Origin: Chrysomallon squamiferum | Lineage: Eukaryota; Animalia; Mollusca | Direction: 5' to 3' | Assembly (NCBI GenBank): GCA_012295275.1 | Contig: CM022665.1 | Span: 18,476,001 to 18,540,000, forward strand | Length of the DNA: 64,000 bases | In this document: one piece after another, positions 1 to 35,306 of the stretch | Layout: every line of letters starts with the position of its first letter | How positions within the stretch are numbered: the first letter of the stretch is position 1 | Notes under the pieces: model-generated | What the model saw: the letters and a program-made list of their open reading frames with translations, nothing else | Database searches by the model: none | Told to the model about the DNA's origin: nothing | Position numbers and translations under genes: made by a program

Positions 1-2858
1 CTACTGCTTATTAGAAGTACTTAGAATAAATGAACGTATAGACTACTGTTTATCAGAAGTACTTATAATAAATTAAACCATAGACTACTGCTTATTAGAA
101 ATACTTAGAATAAATTAAACCATAGACTACTGCTTATTAGAAGTACTTAGAATAAATTAAACCATAGACTACTGCTTATTAGAAGTACTTAGAATAAATT
201 AAACCATAGACTACTGTTTATTAGAAGTACTTAGAATAAATTAAACCATAGACTACTGTTTATTAGAAGTACTTAGAATAAATTAAACCATAGACTACTG
301 CTTATTAGAAATACTTAGAATATATTAAACCATAGACTACTGTTTATTAGAAATACTTAGAATAAATTAAACCATAGACTACTGTTTATTAGAAGTACTT
401 AGAATAAATTAAACCATAGACTACTGCTTATTAGAAGTACTTAGAATAAATTAAACCATAGACTACTGTTTATTAGAAGTACTTAGAATAAATTAAACCA
501 TAGACTACTGCTTATTAGAAGTACTTAGAATAAATTAAAATACACACTACTGTTTATTAGAAATACTTAGAATAAATTAAACCATAGACTACTGCTTATT
601 AGAAGTACTTAGAATAAATTAAACCATAGACTACTGTTTATTAGAAGTACTTAGAATAAATTAAACCATAGACTACTGTTTATTAGAAGTACTTAGAATA
701 AATTAAACCATAGACTACTGTTTATTAGAAGTACTTAGAATAAATTAAACCATAGACTACTGTTTATTAGAAGTACTTAGAATAAATTAAACCATAGACT
801 ACTGTTTATTAGAAGTACTTAGAATATATTAAACCATAGACTACTGCTTATTAGAAATACTTAGAATAAATTAAACCATAGACTACTGTTTATTAGAAGT
901 ACTTATAATAAATTAAACCATAGACTACTGTTTATCAGAAGTACTTAGAATATATTAAACCATAGACTACTGTTTATCAGAAGTACTTAGAATATATTAA
1001 ACCATAGACTACTGTTTATTAGAAATACTTATAATAAATTAAACCATAGACTACTGTTTATCAGAAGTACTTAGAATAAATTAAACCATAGACTACTGCT
1101 TATTAGAAATACTTAGAATATATTAAACCATAGACTAGTGTTTATTAGAAGTACTTATAATAAATTAAACCATAGACTACTGTTTATCAGAAGTACTTAG
1201 AATAAATTAAACCATAGACTACTGTTTATTAGAAATACTTATAATAAATTAAACCATAGACTACTGTTTATCAGAAGTACTTAGAATAAATTAAACCATA
1301 GACTACTGCTTATTAGAAATACTTAGAATAAATTAAACCATAGACTACTGCTTATTAGAAGTACTTATAATAAATTAAACCATAGACTACTGTTTATTAG
1401 AAGTACTTATAATAAATTAAACCATAGACTACTGTTTATCAGAAGTACTTAGAATATATTAAACCATAGACTACTGTTTATTAGAAATACTTAGAATAAA
1501 TTAAACCATAGACTACTGTTTATCAGAAGTACTTATAATAAATTAAACCATAGACTACTGTTTATCAGAAGTACTTAGAATATATTAAACCATAGACTAC
1601 TGTTTATTAGAAATACTTAGAATAAATTAAACCATAGACTACTGCTTATTAGACATACTTAGAATATATTAAACCATAGACTAGTGCTTATTAGAAGTAC
1701 TTATAATAAATTAAACCATAGACTAGTGCTTATTAGAAGTACTTATAATAAATTAAACCATAGACTACTGTTTATCAGAAGTACTTAGAATATATTAACA
1801 TATAGACTAGTGCTTATTAGAAGTACTTATAATAAATTAAACCATAGACTACTGTTTATTAGAAGTACTTATAATAAATTAAACCATAGACTACTGTTTA
1901 TCAGAAGTACTTAGAATAAATTAAAATACACACTACTGCTTATTAGAAGTACTTAGAATAAATTAAACCATAGACTACTGTTTATTAGAAGTACTTAGAA
2001 TATATTAAACCATAGACTACTGCTTATTAGAAATACTTAGAATAAATTAAACCATAGACTACTGTTTATTAGAAGTACTTATAATAAATTAAACCATAGA
2101 CTACTGTTTATCAGAAGTACTTATAATAAATTAAACCATAGACTACTGTTTATCAGAAGTACTTAGAATATATTAACATATAGACTAGTGCTTATTAGAA
2201 GTACTTATAATAAATTAAACCATAGACTACTGTTTATTAGAAGTACTTATAATAAATTAAACCATAGACTACTGTTTATTAGAAGTACTTAGAATAAATT
2301 AAACCATAGACTACTGTTTATTAGAAGTACTTATAATAAATTAAAATACACACTACTGCTTATTAGAAGTACTTAGAATAAATTAAACCATAGACTACTG
2401 TTTATCAGAAGTACTTAGAATATATTAACATATAGACTAGTGCTTATTAGAAGTACTTATAATAAATTAAACCATAGACTACTGTTTATCAGAAGTACTT
2501 AGAATATATTAAACCATAGACTACTGTTTATTAGAAGTACTTAGAATAAATTAAACCATAGACTACTGTTTATTAGAAGTACTTATAATATATTAACATA
2601 TAGACTAGTGCTTATTAGAAGTACTTATAATAAATTAAACCATAGACTACTGTTTATCAGAAGTACTTAGAATATATTAACATATAGACTAGTGCTTATT
2701 AGAAGTACTTATAATAAATTAAACCATAGACTACTGTTTATCAGAAGGACTTAGAATGTATTAACATATAGACTACTGCTTATTAGAAGGACTTAGAATA
2801 TATTAACATATAGATTAGTGCTTATTAGAAGTACTTATAATAAATTAAACCACAGACT
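1..2858. repeat. 42-bp tandem satellite (about 68 copies, runs off the window start), intronic to ATE1
   Basis: Consensus CTACTGYTTATTAGAAGTACTTAKAATAAATTAAACCATAGA repeated head-to-tail with point variants and no spacers. Confidence 0.97.
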
Positions 2859-2949
2859 GTCACTTACAAGTTAATACTGTTGCTTACAAATTAATACTGT
2901 TGCTTTTAATTAAAATTTGGAAAAAACTAAATTTAAAGATAATGTTGAA

Positions 2950-3390
2950 AATTATTATTGTTATTACTACTATTATTTTGGTATTAGAATTATTATTATT
3001 ATTGCTATTATTTTTATTATTATTACTATTATTACTACTACCACTTCTACCATTACTATTATTGTTAGAATTGTTTTATTATTGCAACTAATGCCTCTAC
3101 TACTACTATTATTATTATATTGTTGTTGTTGTTGTTGTTATTGTTATTATAACTATTATTATTATTATTACTACTACTACTACTACTACTTCTATTACTA
3201 CTATTATTGTTGCTATTATTATTATTATGCTATTATAATTATTATTATTACTACTACTACTTCTATTACTACTATTATTGTTGCTATTATTATTATTATG
3301 CTATTATAATTATTATTATTATTACTACTACTACTACTATTACTACTGTTATTGCTATTATTATTATATTATTATTATTATTATCATCAT
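2950..3390. repeat. Compound (TAT/TAC/TGT)n trinucleotide microsatellite
   Basis: Visible runs of att/act/gtt triplets; source of the poly-Y/I/L/T pseudo-ORFs. Confidence 0.9.
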
Positions 3391-3393
3391 TAA

Positions 3394-6457
<3,064 letters not shown>

Positions 6458-6574
6458 TTAAACAGTCATCAAAGCCGAAAGATGTGATCATTAGCAGATC
6501 TCTTAAGACTAAACTTATTTTCTGATGTCTTTTAAAAAGATGATTTGCTGGGATGTTTCTTTGTTTTTTATAAA

Positions 6575-6875
6575 AATCATTTGTGAAATGTCCTTAGTAT
6601 TTTATATCAGACAATATAGAAACAGAAAATGATGTGATAGTTTCTGAAATACTATTAGTATTTTATATTAGATACGATATAAATAATAGCAAATGACACA
6701 GTAGTTTCTGAAATACTCTTAGTATTTTCGTATTAGATGTGTATAGAAAACAAAAAATGACATAATCATTTGTGAAATGCCCATAATATATTGTACACAT
6801 AACAGCACATGATGCAATCATATCTGAAATATTCTTAGTATTTTATTTTAGATATAAAGATAACAGAAAATGCAT
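6575..6875. repeat. Degenerate ~60-bp tandem repeat (about 5 copies) in the ATE1 3' UTR
   Basis: Recurrent tgaaat..cttagtattttatat.aga...aacagaaaatga units. Confidence 0.65.
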
Positions 6876-9800
6876 GGTGATTCACCACTGGTGATGCAGC
6901 TCCGATGATTTTGATCTAATGAACTTGGCATTACATACTTTACCAGTGTCTTTGAAGAAGTTAATATGATTTGGTTGGTTTCAGTAATTTAGTAATGTCT
7001 GCTATTTTGAAATCTGATAAATCTTCTATGGACATAATTGCCAAACAGATATGTGTGTTGTGTCTGTGTGTGTGTGTACACATATATTTATCTATGTACA
7101 TATGTCTATAACTATCTTTCTCCAGACTATTGTGTCATGAACCTTTTGGATAAATATTAGAACAAAAGTTTGTTGTTTTTCAATAGGTGGTTTTTGAGCA
7201 TATGATTTTGTTTCATGTAACTGAAAAATATGACATAAATACCTATTTTTTAAAGGTGAACAAAATGGTACAATCCATGTACAAATACCTAAATAACAGT
7301 TTTTGAATATCCCTTAAAATAAAAGCCTATGGACTTTTGTTCCAGTCCAGTATATACCTGCATCATTTATTCATATACATGTATATAATAAATCTGTGTA
7401 CAAATATGTAAATATTGTCTTTGAATTTCACTTTAAAAATGCTCCGAACCTTTATTCGTATCTTTGGTATTGTTTTATTTGTGGGTTTTTTTGGTATTTT
7501 TTTTTTTACACCAGTTATTTAACTATTTGATATTAGAACTGTGTACTGTTCTGTTAAGATATATTAGTTACACTTCTGTGATTCTGCTTGTGAAGATTTT
7601 TCATCTTCAGTTATTATAACATATTTAATATGTTAAATGCAAGGGTACAATAAATTTAAATAAATCAGATCATTTATTGTTTGTAATTTTTAATAAACAT
7701 TTTGTTATAGATATATTAATAATCTTAACGCAAATTGCAACACTTATAACTTCCTATTTGGGTAAAAACAACAAGAAGAAAACAACCTAAAGAAGAGAGT
7801 GAGAGAAAATACATAAATCAAAGATGTAAATAAATAAATAACTAATTATAAAATATATTTTTATAAATAAAATAAAATAAAATAAAATAAAATAAAATAA
7901 AGTAAACCAAAATATAAAAGAAGGGGTTATTATTTACTAAAAATAACAAAATCTTAATTCTCAGAATTAATTTTATTCTTTCTATACAACTGATAATTCT
8001 CTAACCTAATTCAGGTATACTGAACATAAGAAAATTAATCACTGTAATCAACAGAACAACTTTCTTATAACTTATAAACTAAACACAACAAAACAGTCAC
8101 TGAAGTTTAAATTTTTCTTATTCAGAAATAATTAATAAATTCGTAACTACACATTTTTTTTTTATGAAACTTGTACAGACAGTTCTGATAATTTTATCAA
8201 CAATATATTTTTTTAACAGTATTTGTATTATAATTCAATTAAAGCTAACTTTTGTTTATAAAATAAATAATTATAATAACTTTTGAATGAAATAAAGTTT
8301 GCCCAAAAAAAAAAAAAACAAAAAAAAAAAAACAAATTTAATTTTAAAAAAAAAGTACATATATATATACACACATATATATTTTTCGTTATCTGTAAAG
8401 TTCATTCACTGAATGAAATTAAAAAAAAATAACTAAAACTAAAAATAATAATAATAGTAATAAATAAATAAATAAATAAAAATTATAACCCCTCCAAAAA
8501 ATGATTTACATCAAACAAGTAACTGCAGGGGACAAAAAACCCCAAAACAACAACAAACCCCACCCAAAAAAAACCAGTTAACATATATACACGCACATAT
8601 GCAAAACAAATCACTCAAAATATCAATAATGGAAGAAACCCTCATGCACAATCTCAATCCTTAACTCTACCCTATCTGGGTTAATGATAAATCAGAGACA
8701 AAAAAATCCTCATACAGTGTTACTGGTTAATGTGTGTCAAAATAAATGTTCGCAATTCCATAGTCAAAATACATTTATATACATGTTATTAATAGTCATA
8801 ACAAGTTTAATATTATAATATATCTACATACATTTAATTAATAGTCATACTAGACCACAAATTTAATTAATAGTCGTAATAAATCTACATTTAATTTATT
8901 AATTTTACAGTAATAGTAGATCAACATCAGCTTAACAATCATAATAGATCTACATAAATTGAATTAATTTAATAAAACATATTGTTTGGTGTTTCATTAT
9001 CAGATGATGTTTAAATGTTTATTTATGTGAGGTTTAAGGTTTAGGAAACTTGGAGAAATACTGGTCAGTTGATGACAACGACTACACACTGCAACAACAT
9101 CATCACCATTAGTCGATGTTGAAAAACACCACAAATACACTGAATATATATATATATATGAGATCAGTTTCAAAATTTAACATGGAATTAATTATGTACA
9201 TAGTACATATGCCTATATGTATGAATGTTTGTATTTATGTTTATGTATGTGTGTGCATACACACACATACATAGTTGTAAATAAATGTATATTTACAAAC
9301 AGTTTACACTTTCATACTCCTCATTATTTTCAAATATATAAAATATAATTTAACAGAAACAATGGTACAGTCTATATTAATATATTAGAAATGTACCTAG
9401 CTATTTGCAAAATTTACAATGGTTAAAGATATTCAACTAAACATTACAAAAATATTACAAAAATATATTTTCTAATAACACTTGAGAAAAAAATTCACAT
9501 CTTTGATTGTATGAAAAAATAGTGTAAATATTAATACATATTGTATACTTATTTCCAAACAGATGGATACATTTTTTTTTTTTTAGCATTAAAGTTTTTA
9601 AAAAGTTTGTTTAAAATCATACAGGCTTGTAATTGTACCAGATGGGTAAGCTTTAAAATGAATCCCTGTAATGAAATATCTACTGATCTGTAAATGTAGA
9701 ATTAAAAATTTAGTAATTATTATTATTATTATTTTAAATTTTATCTTTTTCAGTTTCTACTAATATATTAAAGCATGGCAAACTAAAATTAATCTGTACA

Positions 9801-10847
9801 TTAAAGTAATATTTTTTTATATTAGTAAATGCCGGAATTAACTAGGCAGTACACAAAGATCCATATACGTGTTGGGGTAACAAACTAATCTTCCTTCATT
9901 TACAGCAGCTGTAACTATTATTTAATTTTTACAATTTTTTTTATTAATAGTGAAAACTGGAATCAAGTAGCAAATAAAATATAGCAGTACAGAAAAATTT
10001 AATTACTGGTTGGGCTTTATTTTTATTTGCTAGAAAACAGAATTGTTTTTCTTTTGGTCATACTTGTTGGCATAATGTAAAATTTTGTTTCTTCATTACC
10101 CATAGTTGTAATTATCATTAAAGTTGATTTAATGATACTGAAAGTCAAATTCGTATCTCTCTGTTATAATTTAATGACAAAAGCATTGCTATTTCAAAAT
10201 CATCAAATAATCTGATTCCAATGGTTACAATAAAAGATACAGTATTTTAATGACAGTAAGTATACAAAACTTGTATCATGGTACAAAAGTGAAACAGTTT
10301 CAAACATTAGTTATAATTTTCATGGAATCAGATTCATGACTGACAAATAATTTAATTTTCATTTGAGTTTTTCTTAAGAAACTATTTCCATATATTTTAA
10401 GTATCAGAGACTGTAACATTCCTAAGCAACATTCCTTCTATTTTTCCCAAATCACTGAGTAAAATTTTTTATGCTTTAAATAAAAATGGAAATGTGAAGT
10501 GGTAATAACAATTGTATTTTGTAAACTAAAATGAAAGGCAACATTCTGATGTGTGTGGCACCAATATGCAGTGATTGCAGAGCCAGGCACCTGCACAGCT
10601 TAGAGGGAACACTTTTCCTAAATGATTTTCACAATAATAAATATCATTTTCAGAAAATTGAATTAAAACTGTCCAACACTTAGTTATTTAAAAATGTCAT
10701 ACAAGTTCCAAACAAAACAACATTTTCTGAAATACAAACGTAAGAAAAATTCTGAATGGATAGAGTATTATTTTGTAAGGTAATATTTAGGATTTAAAAA
10801 AAAAACCCAAAAAAACAAACCATTTATATATATATATATATATATAA

Positions 10848-10881
<34 letters not shown>

Positions 10882-11376
10882 GAAGAATGTATTTATCAAA
10901 ATCCAGTTTCATTGTTATTTAAAATTGTGCAATAGCTATATAATATCTTTATCCATAAAGTCCAATAAAGAGATTTTTGCCTTGAATTGGGCATCTTGTA
11001 TGTTTTAAATATGCCTCTTGTTGTATACCAGTATATGGATGATGATGGTTGATAGTTAAACATACACTGCAGAATAATGGTAATAAAAACGTTGGTGTGG
11101 CAAATTGGTACATAATCCCAGGTTCTGTTTTTATACATGTACATTTTACAGACACACTTAGCCCATATTTGACATAAAACAAAAAAAACAAAAACATTTA
11201 AATTTACGTACATAAACATGCAAAATAACTGTAGGAACTGAAAAATCGAATTTTAAATATAAATATGCATTATTTATATAGACTATATCCTTCTATCTAT
11301 CCATCTTATCCCATCTATATAAAGACAACATTTCTATACCTTTGTTTTTGTTGTTTTCTTTCGTTTTTAAACATCA

Positions 11377-31291
<19,915 letters not shown>

Positions 31292-31457
31292 TTTACTTTG
31301 TTGTAGTTGTTGTTGTTTTTGTTGTGATGAGAAAATGTAAAGTCTTGCTAGCAGCACAACATTAGATGCTAAGACTGGCTACACAGCCAGTCTAAAGTAT
31401 AGCCCTACAGGGCAGCCATATTTTCAGTTTTCAACAAGCCATAATTATAAACATTCT
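31292..31457 (-). promoter_or_regulatory. IBTK 5' leader: three uORFs (31454-31431 MFIIMAC*, 31419-31405 MAAL*, 31362-31348 MLCC*) and a hairpin (31372-31393)
   Basis: Read directly on the minus strand. The putative acceptor attatttcag| puts the exon edge at 31457. The stem is AGACUGGCU/AGCCAGUCU with loop GUGU. Confidence 0.7.
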
Positions 31458-32252
31458 CTGAAATAATGATACAGATTCTGCTTTTAACTGTACTGGCATT
31501 TATTCATAACAAATATTTTTAAAAATAATAATAAAATTTAAAAGCAGATATATATACACACACACATAAATGTGTGTCTGTAAGTATGTACATGGGTATA
31601 CACATAAATACACACATAAAGTAATTAATATATTATATCTTTTAATACATGTATTTCATTTATTTTTAACATTTCAAACATAGAAAAATATTGTTTATAA
31701 CTCCAAAACACACATAATAAAACATAATACAAAACAAATAATAATTTGTAAAAAGACAAAAGTAAATAAAAATATACGATTGTAAATCAGAAAGAATATA
31801 TTTTTAAAAAATAAATTAAAACTTAATCTAATGAAAAAATAAATAAATAAATGCAGTTCAACCAAACATATATCTGACATGTGCTGTATAATATATCACA
31901 TTAGATAACTTCTGACATCTTCAAGATCTTACATTTAGCCTACTCATCTACTGTCAGTGTCAGTGTCAATACTGACAATAATTTCAAGTTAAAAAAGGAC
32001 AAGAGAAACGTCCACCGACTCTGACACAAACATTATTTTGTGTTAACAAAAGATCAGACAAACAAAACAAAATTATATGACAATGCATAGACAGTTTTAA
32101 GAGACTGTGTTTATGTATCAATATCGTAAATATAATTCTCAGTTCTTATTTCCACTTTCCACTTTCATTTTGTAATTTCCATCTGTCAAAAAAAAAATGC
32201 ATTCAAGTATTAGATATGATTTCGTTTGAATAAATAACAAAAAAGTATATAC

Positions 32253-32390
32253 CTGATTTAATCCAATATCGAGAAGGTAAAAGATGAATAAAAAACAGTG
32301 ATGAAATCAGCTAAATACATCATTTTCAAACAGTCGGCAACGTTAATGGAGGCAGACATTTTGGTTTCGTGGCGTATTCTCGATCCCAGC
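32253..32390 (-). other. Putative non-coding first exon of IBTK containing a 33-codon uORF (32359-32258)
   Basis: Donor atcag|gtatat; YY1/Kozak-like CAAAATGTCTGCC; local CpGs. Confidence 0.5.
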
Positions 32391-33070
32391 TTGTTAACAA
32401 TATAAATAAATATTGAAAAAATAAATATTCATATTCATATAAATTGAAAAAGATACAAATAGTTTGTCCTAAATGCAATTAAAATAATTTAATTTATAAT
32501 AAAAAAAAAAAAAAAAAAAGATCAAAATAACATTGGAAATAACCAATCAAATTCAGTAGCAACACGGCACAAGTTTTAGACGTATCAATGGTTCATTTAG
32601 ATCGAAGTTCAAGGTGATTTTTAGTTTAAACTTTAATAAATATGCTTAACATTTTAAAAGGAAAAGAGAATGTTAATTCTGTACAAGACGTTTTTTTGTG
32701 CCCCCCCCCTCACTCTCATTATTTTGATAATTTAAAAATAACTATTCATAATTTACGCGCACCTGCTAACTTCGACCAATTCTACGGTTTTAATTGGGTT
32801 AAATAAAGGTTAAAAAGGAACGTAGTAGGCCGAGAATTCGGAAAATAAACAAATTACATAATTTGGTTAAACTATTATTTTGATCTAGTTTGATACATGC
32901 AGCTTTGCGGAGACTTCTGCAACAGTTTCTTGTAATAAATAAGATGCAGAATATCAGATGATAATTCAGTTTATTATGATTATTAGTTTAAAAAAAAAAA
33001 AAAATACCATTGAATTAATCCCACTCGGCTCCTGATACTTACGTTTTTTCTCATTTTCTCTTTCGTTTCC
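32330..33070. promoter_or_regulatory. Putative bidirectional promoter region
   Basis: Clusters of CpG in an otherwise CpG-poor window; CCAAT boxes near 32543 and 32776; lies between the IBTK 5' end and the + strand exon candidates. Confidence 0.5.
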
Positions 33071-34367
33071 TTTCTTTTCTTTTCTCCTTCTTGTTAAAAA
33101 TAAATAAATACAAATAATTAAAATAATTAAAATTAAAATTAAAAAGGAAAGTTCTAATTGATTTTAAAGATGATTTGTTACTGGTGCAGAAATTACAGGT
33201 TTTGAGAAGCCTAACTGTTGTCATTTGTTAATGTTTGAATATACATAAAATCATATACAGACACAATATACATATATATATATTCACAGAAAAAAATATC
33301 CTAAAATTTTTTTTGCATGCACACAATGTATGCAGACAAGTAATTGTTCATCACAGTAATTCTAGTAAACATGATTAGTAGAGCAATAATAATAATAAAA
33401 AAAATGTGTTGCTGATAAAATTAGAAGGATGTCAAATAAGCTTTATTTTATGAATATAAAATGTACACTGATACATTTGCAAAAGATTTAAATATACCAA
33501 GAAGTTAAATTTGCAATAGCTAATTAAATTACTATTAAACTATTTTCCATTAATACATATATTTAATTTCTAATTAATTATTATAAATTAAATCTAAGCA
33601 GGATGGTTAGGTAAACTCTTATGTATAACATACATATATAAATTAAAAAATATATAATTACTGATTAGCTAAATTTTTCTATGTGCATTTTGACTGTTTC
33701 TTCACAAAAGATTAAAAAAACAAAAAAACCCAGATTGTATTTTTTTCTCCTTTCTAATAGATTCTGGCTGATATTTCTTATATCTTGCTATCAGGTTTTA
33801 ATTGCTTTTCAGTTTGATGGAGTGACATTGTTATCTTCAGTCCTGGTCCGGATTACAATTTCTTGTAGTCGGGGGTATTATTTTCCATTTTGTATGAAAC
33901 GTCATTGATTTTTCTCTGACAATTTGCTGAAATTGTGTTCCAGCAGGGGAAGAGGCAGCTTTCTCTGCGGCTGGCATGTCACATGGCTCAGCTGTCGTAA
34001 CTGTCTGCTGCTCACTGGGCTCACCAGAATCTAAACTTCCGAGCTGTCTCGCAGCCTTTGAAGATAATTCTCTGAACCTGAGTGCAGTGTTGTGTTATCA
34101 GAAACCAGTGTTTCCTTTTCCACATCTTATCATAAACTTATTATCAACTTACCATCACCTACAAGTATTCTAAGATATAATAATTTCATTTTTATTTTTT
34201 GTACATAGGTGTTTTGTAAAAAAGACAAAACAAAAAAAATATGAACAGGTGTTGTGATCTCATATAAAAAAAAATTAAAATTAAAAAAATTCATATAATA
34301 ATTTCATAGACATCTTAATAAGTTATTCTTTGAAAGTCTAATGCAGTCTGTTGCTTTTCGTCTTTAG

Positions 34368-34532
34368 ATGGAATTTTCTGTTGTTCCGGCGTTGTTTTCC
34401 GATAACTGAATTCTGCTGCAGTCTAAAAGCTTTTAATGGATTTCTGATCGCTGGATGAGAACCCCTCACTCCTGGGACTGTTCTACTTACTTTTAACACA
34501 GTTTCCACTCAGGTGACACTTGTTATTAAGAG
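34368..34532 (+). other. Candidate non-coding (5' UTR or lncRNA) exon of a divergent transcript
   Basis: Acceptor gcttttcgtctttag|, consensus donor AAGAG|GTAAGT, higher GC, stops in all three frames. Confidence 0.55.
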
Positions 34533-35269
34533 GTAAGTCATGTGTATGAATTAATAATGTATGTACATACTGATAGCTCTTATATTAATATCTGATCTGA
34601 ATGTCCAAGGACTTGGCAGTGATTTCTGATTATTTTAGTTTTACTTCTGAATTCCTTTTCAAATAAGGATCTGTTTCATTGACATTTAATTTAGAATTTT
34701 AATAATGTTAAAAAACAAAAATTAAAAATTAAAAAAATAATTAAAAAAAAATAATCACACCTATAAAAATGTGAAAAGGAAAAGATAAAAACTAAAAAGG
34801 TTTAAAATATTTGTATATACATATACATTCTTTACCATATGTTACTTTTTATGGTTATTATTCATGTTTGGTAATCATACATAACACGTATTTTATATTA
34901 TTCATGTTTGTTAAAAAAAAAAAAACCATTATTAATAATTTAGAACATTTATTATTATTTTTAAAATTTTTAATTTGTCTATGGGTGTTTTTTATGGAAA
35001 TAGTGTAAAATAATAGTTGACATAAGTTTGTAAATCATGAATATGTGGCTTTCATTTTATTGTGATTTGTTTATTAATAAGCATATTTAAAATTTACACT
35101 TCTGTTTTCTTTTTTCATAAACACATTCAGTATTCTGATAAATAAACAAGTTATTAAGAAAACTTTCATATTGTTATGATTTTATATTCTAATATAATCC
35201 ACAATAAAATAAAGTAAAGAAAAGTAAAGTAGAAGAAATAATGAATTTCAAAAATTGTTTAAACAAAAG

Positions 35270-35306
<37 letters not shown>

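Noticed and set aside
1-2858. CRISPR-like regular repeat with a palindromic core
   Set aside because: Units are contiguous with no unique spacers, there are no cas genes, and the context is a eukaryotic intron.
6876-6896. Inverted repeat tggtga-t-tcacca-c-tggtga in the ATE1 3' UTR
   Set aside because: The 6-bp arms with 1-nt loops cannot form a stable hairpin, and there are no SECIS or IRE features.
31292-31357. N-terminal extension of IBTK from the GTG start in the ORF track (poly-Q-like)
   Set aside because: It has no AUG; homology begins at MSRLLEPEC, which has a good Kozak context.
34147-34165. Minus-strand 6-nt micro-exon pattern (tag|GTGATG|gtaagt)
   Set aside because: It lies upstream of the inferred IBTK start with no pyrimidine tract or partner exons, so it is likely chance.
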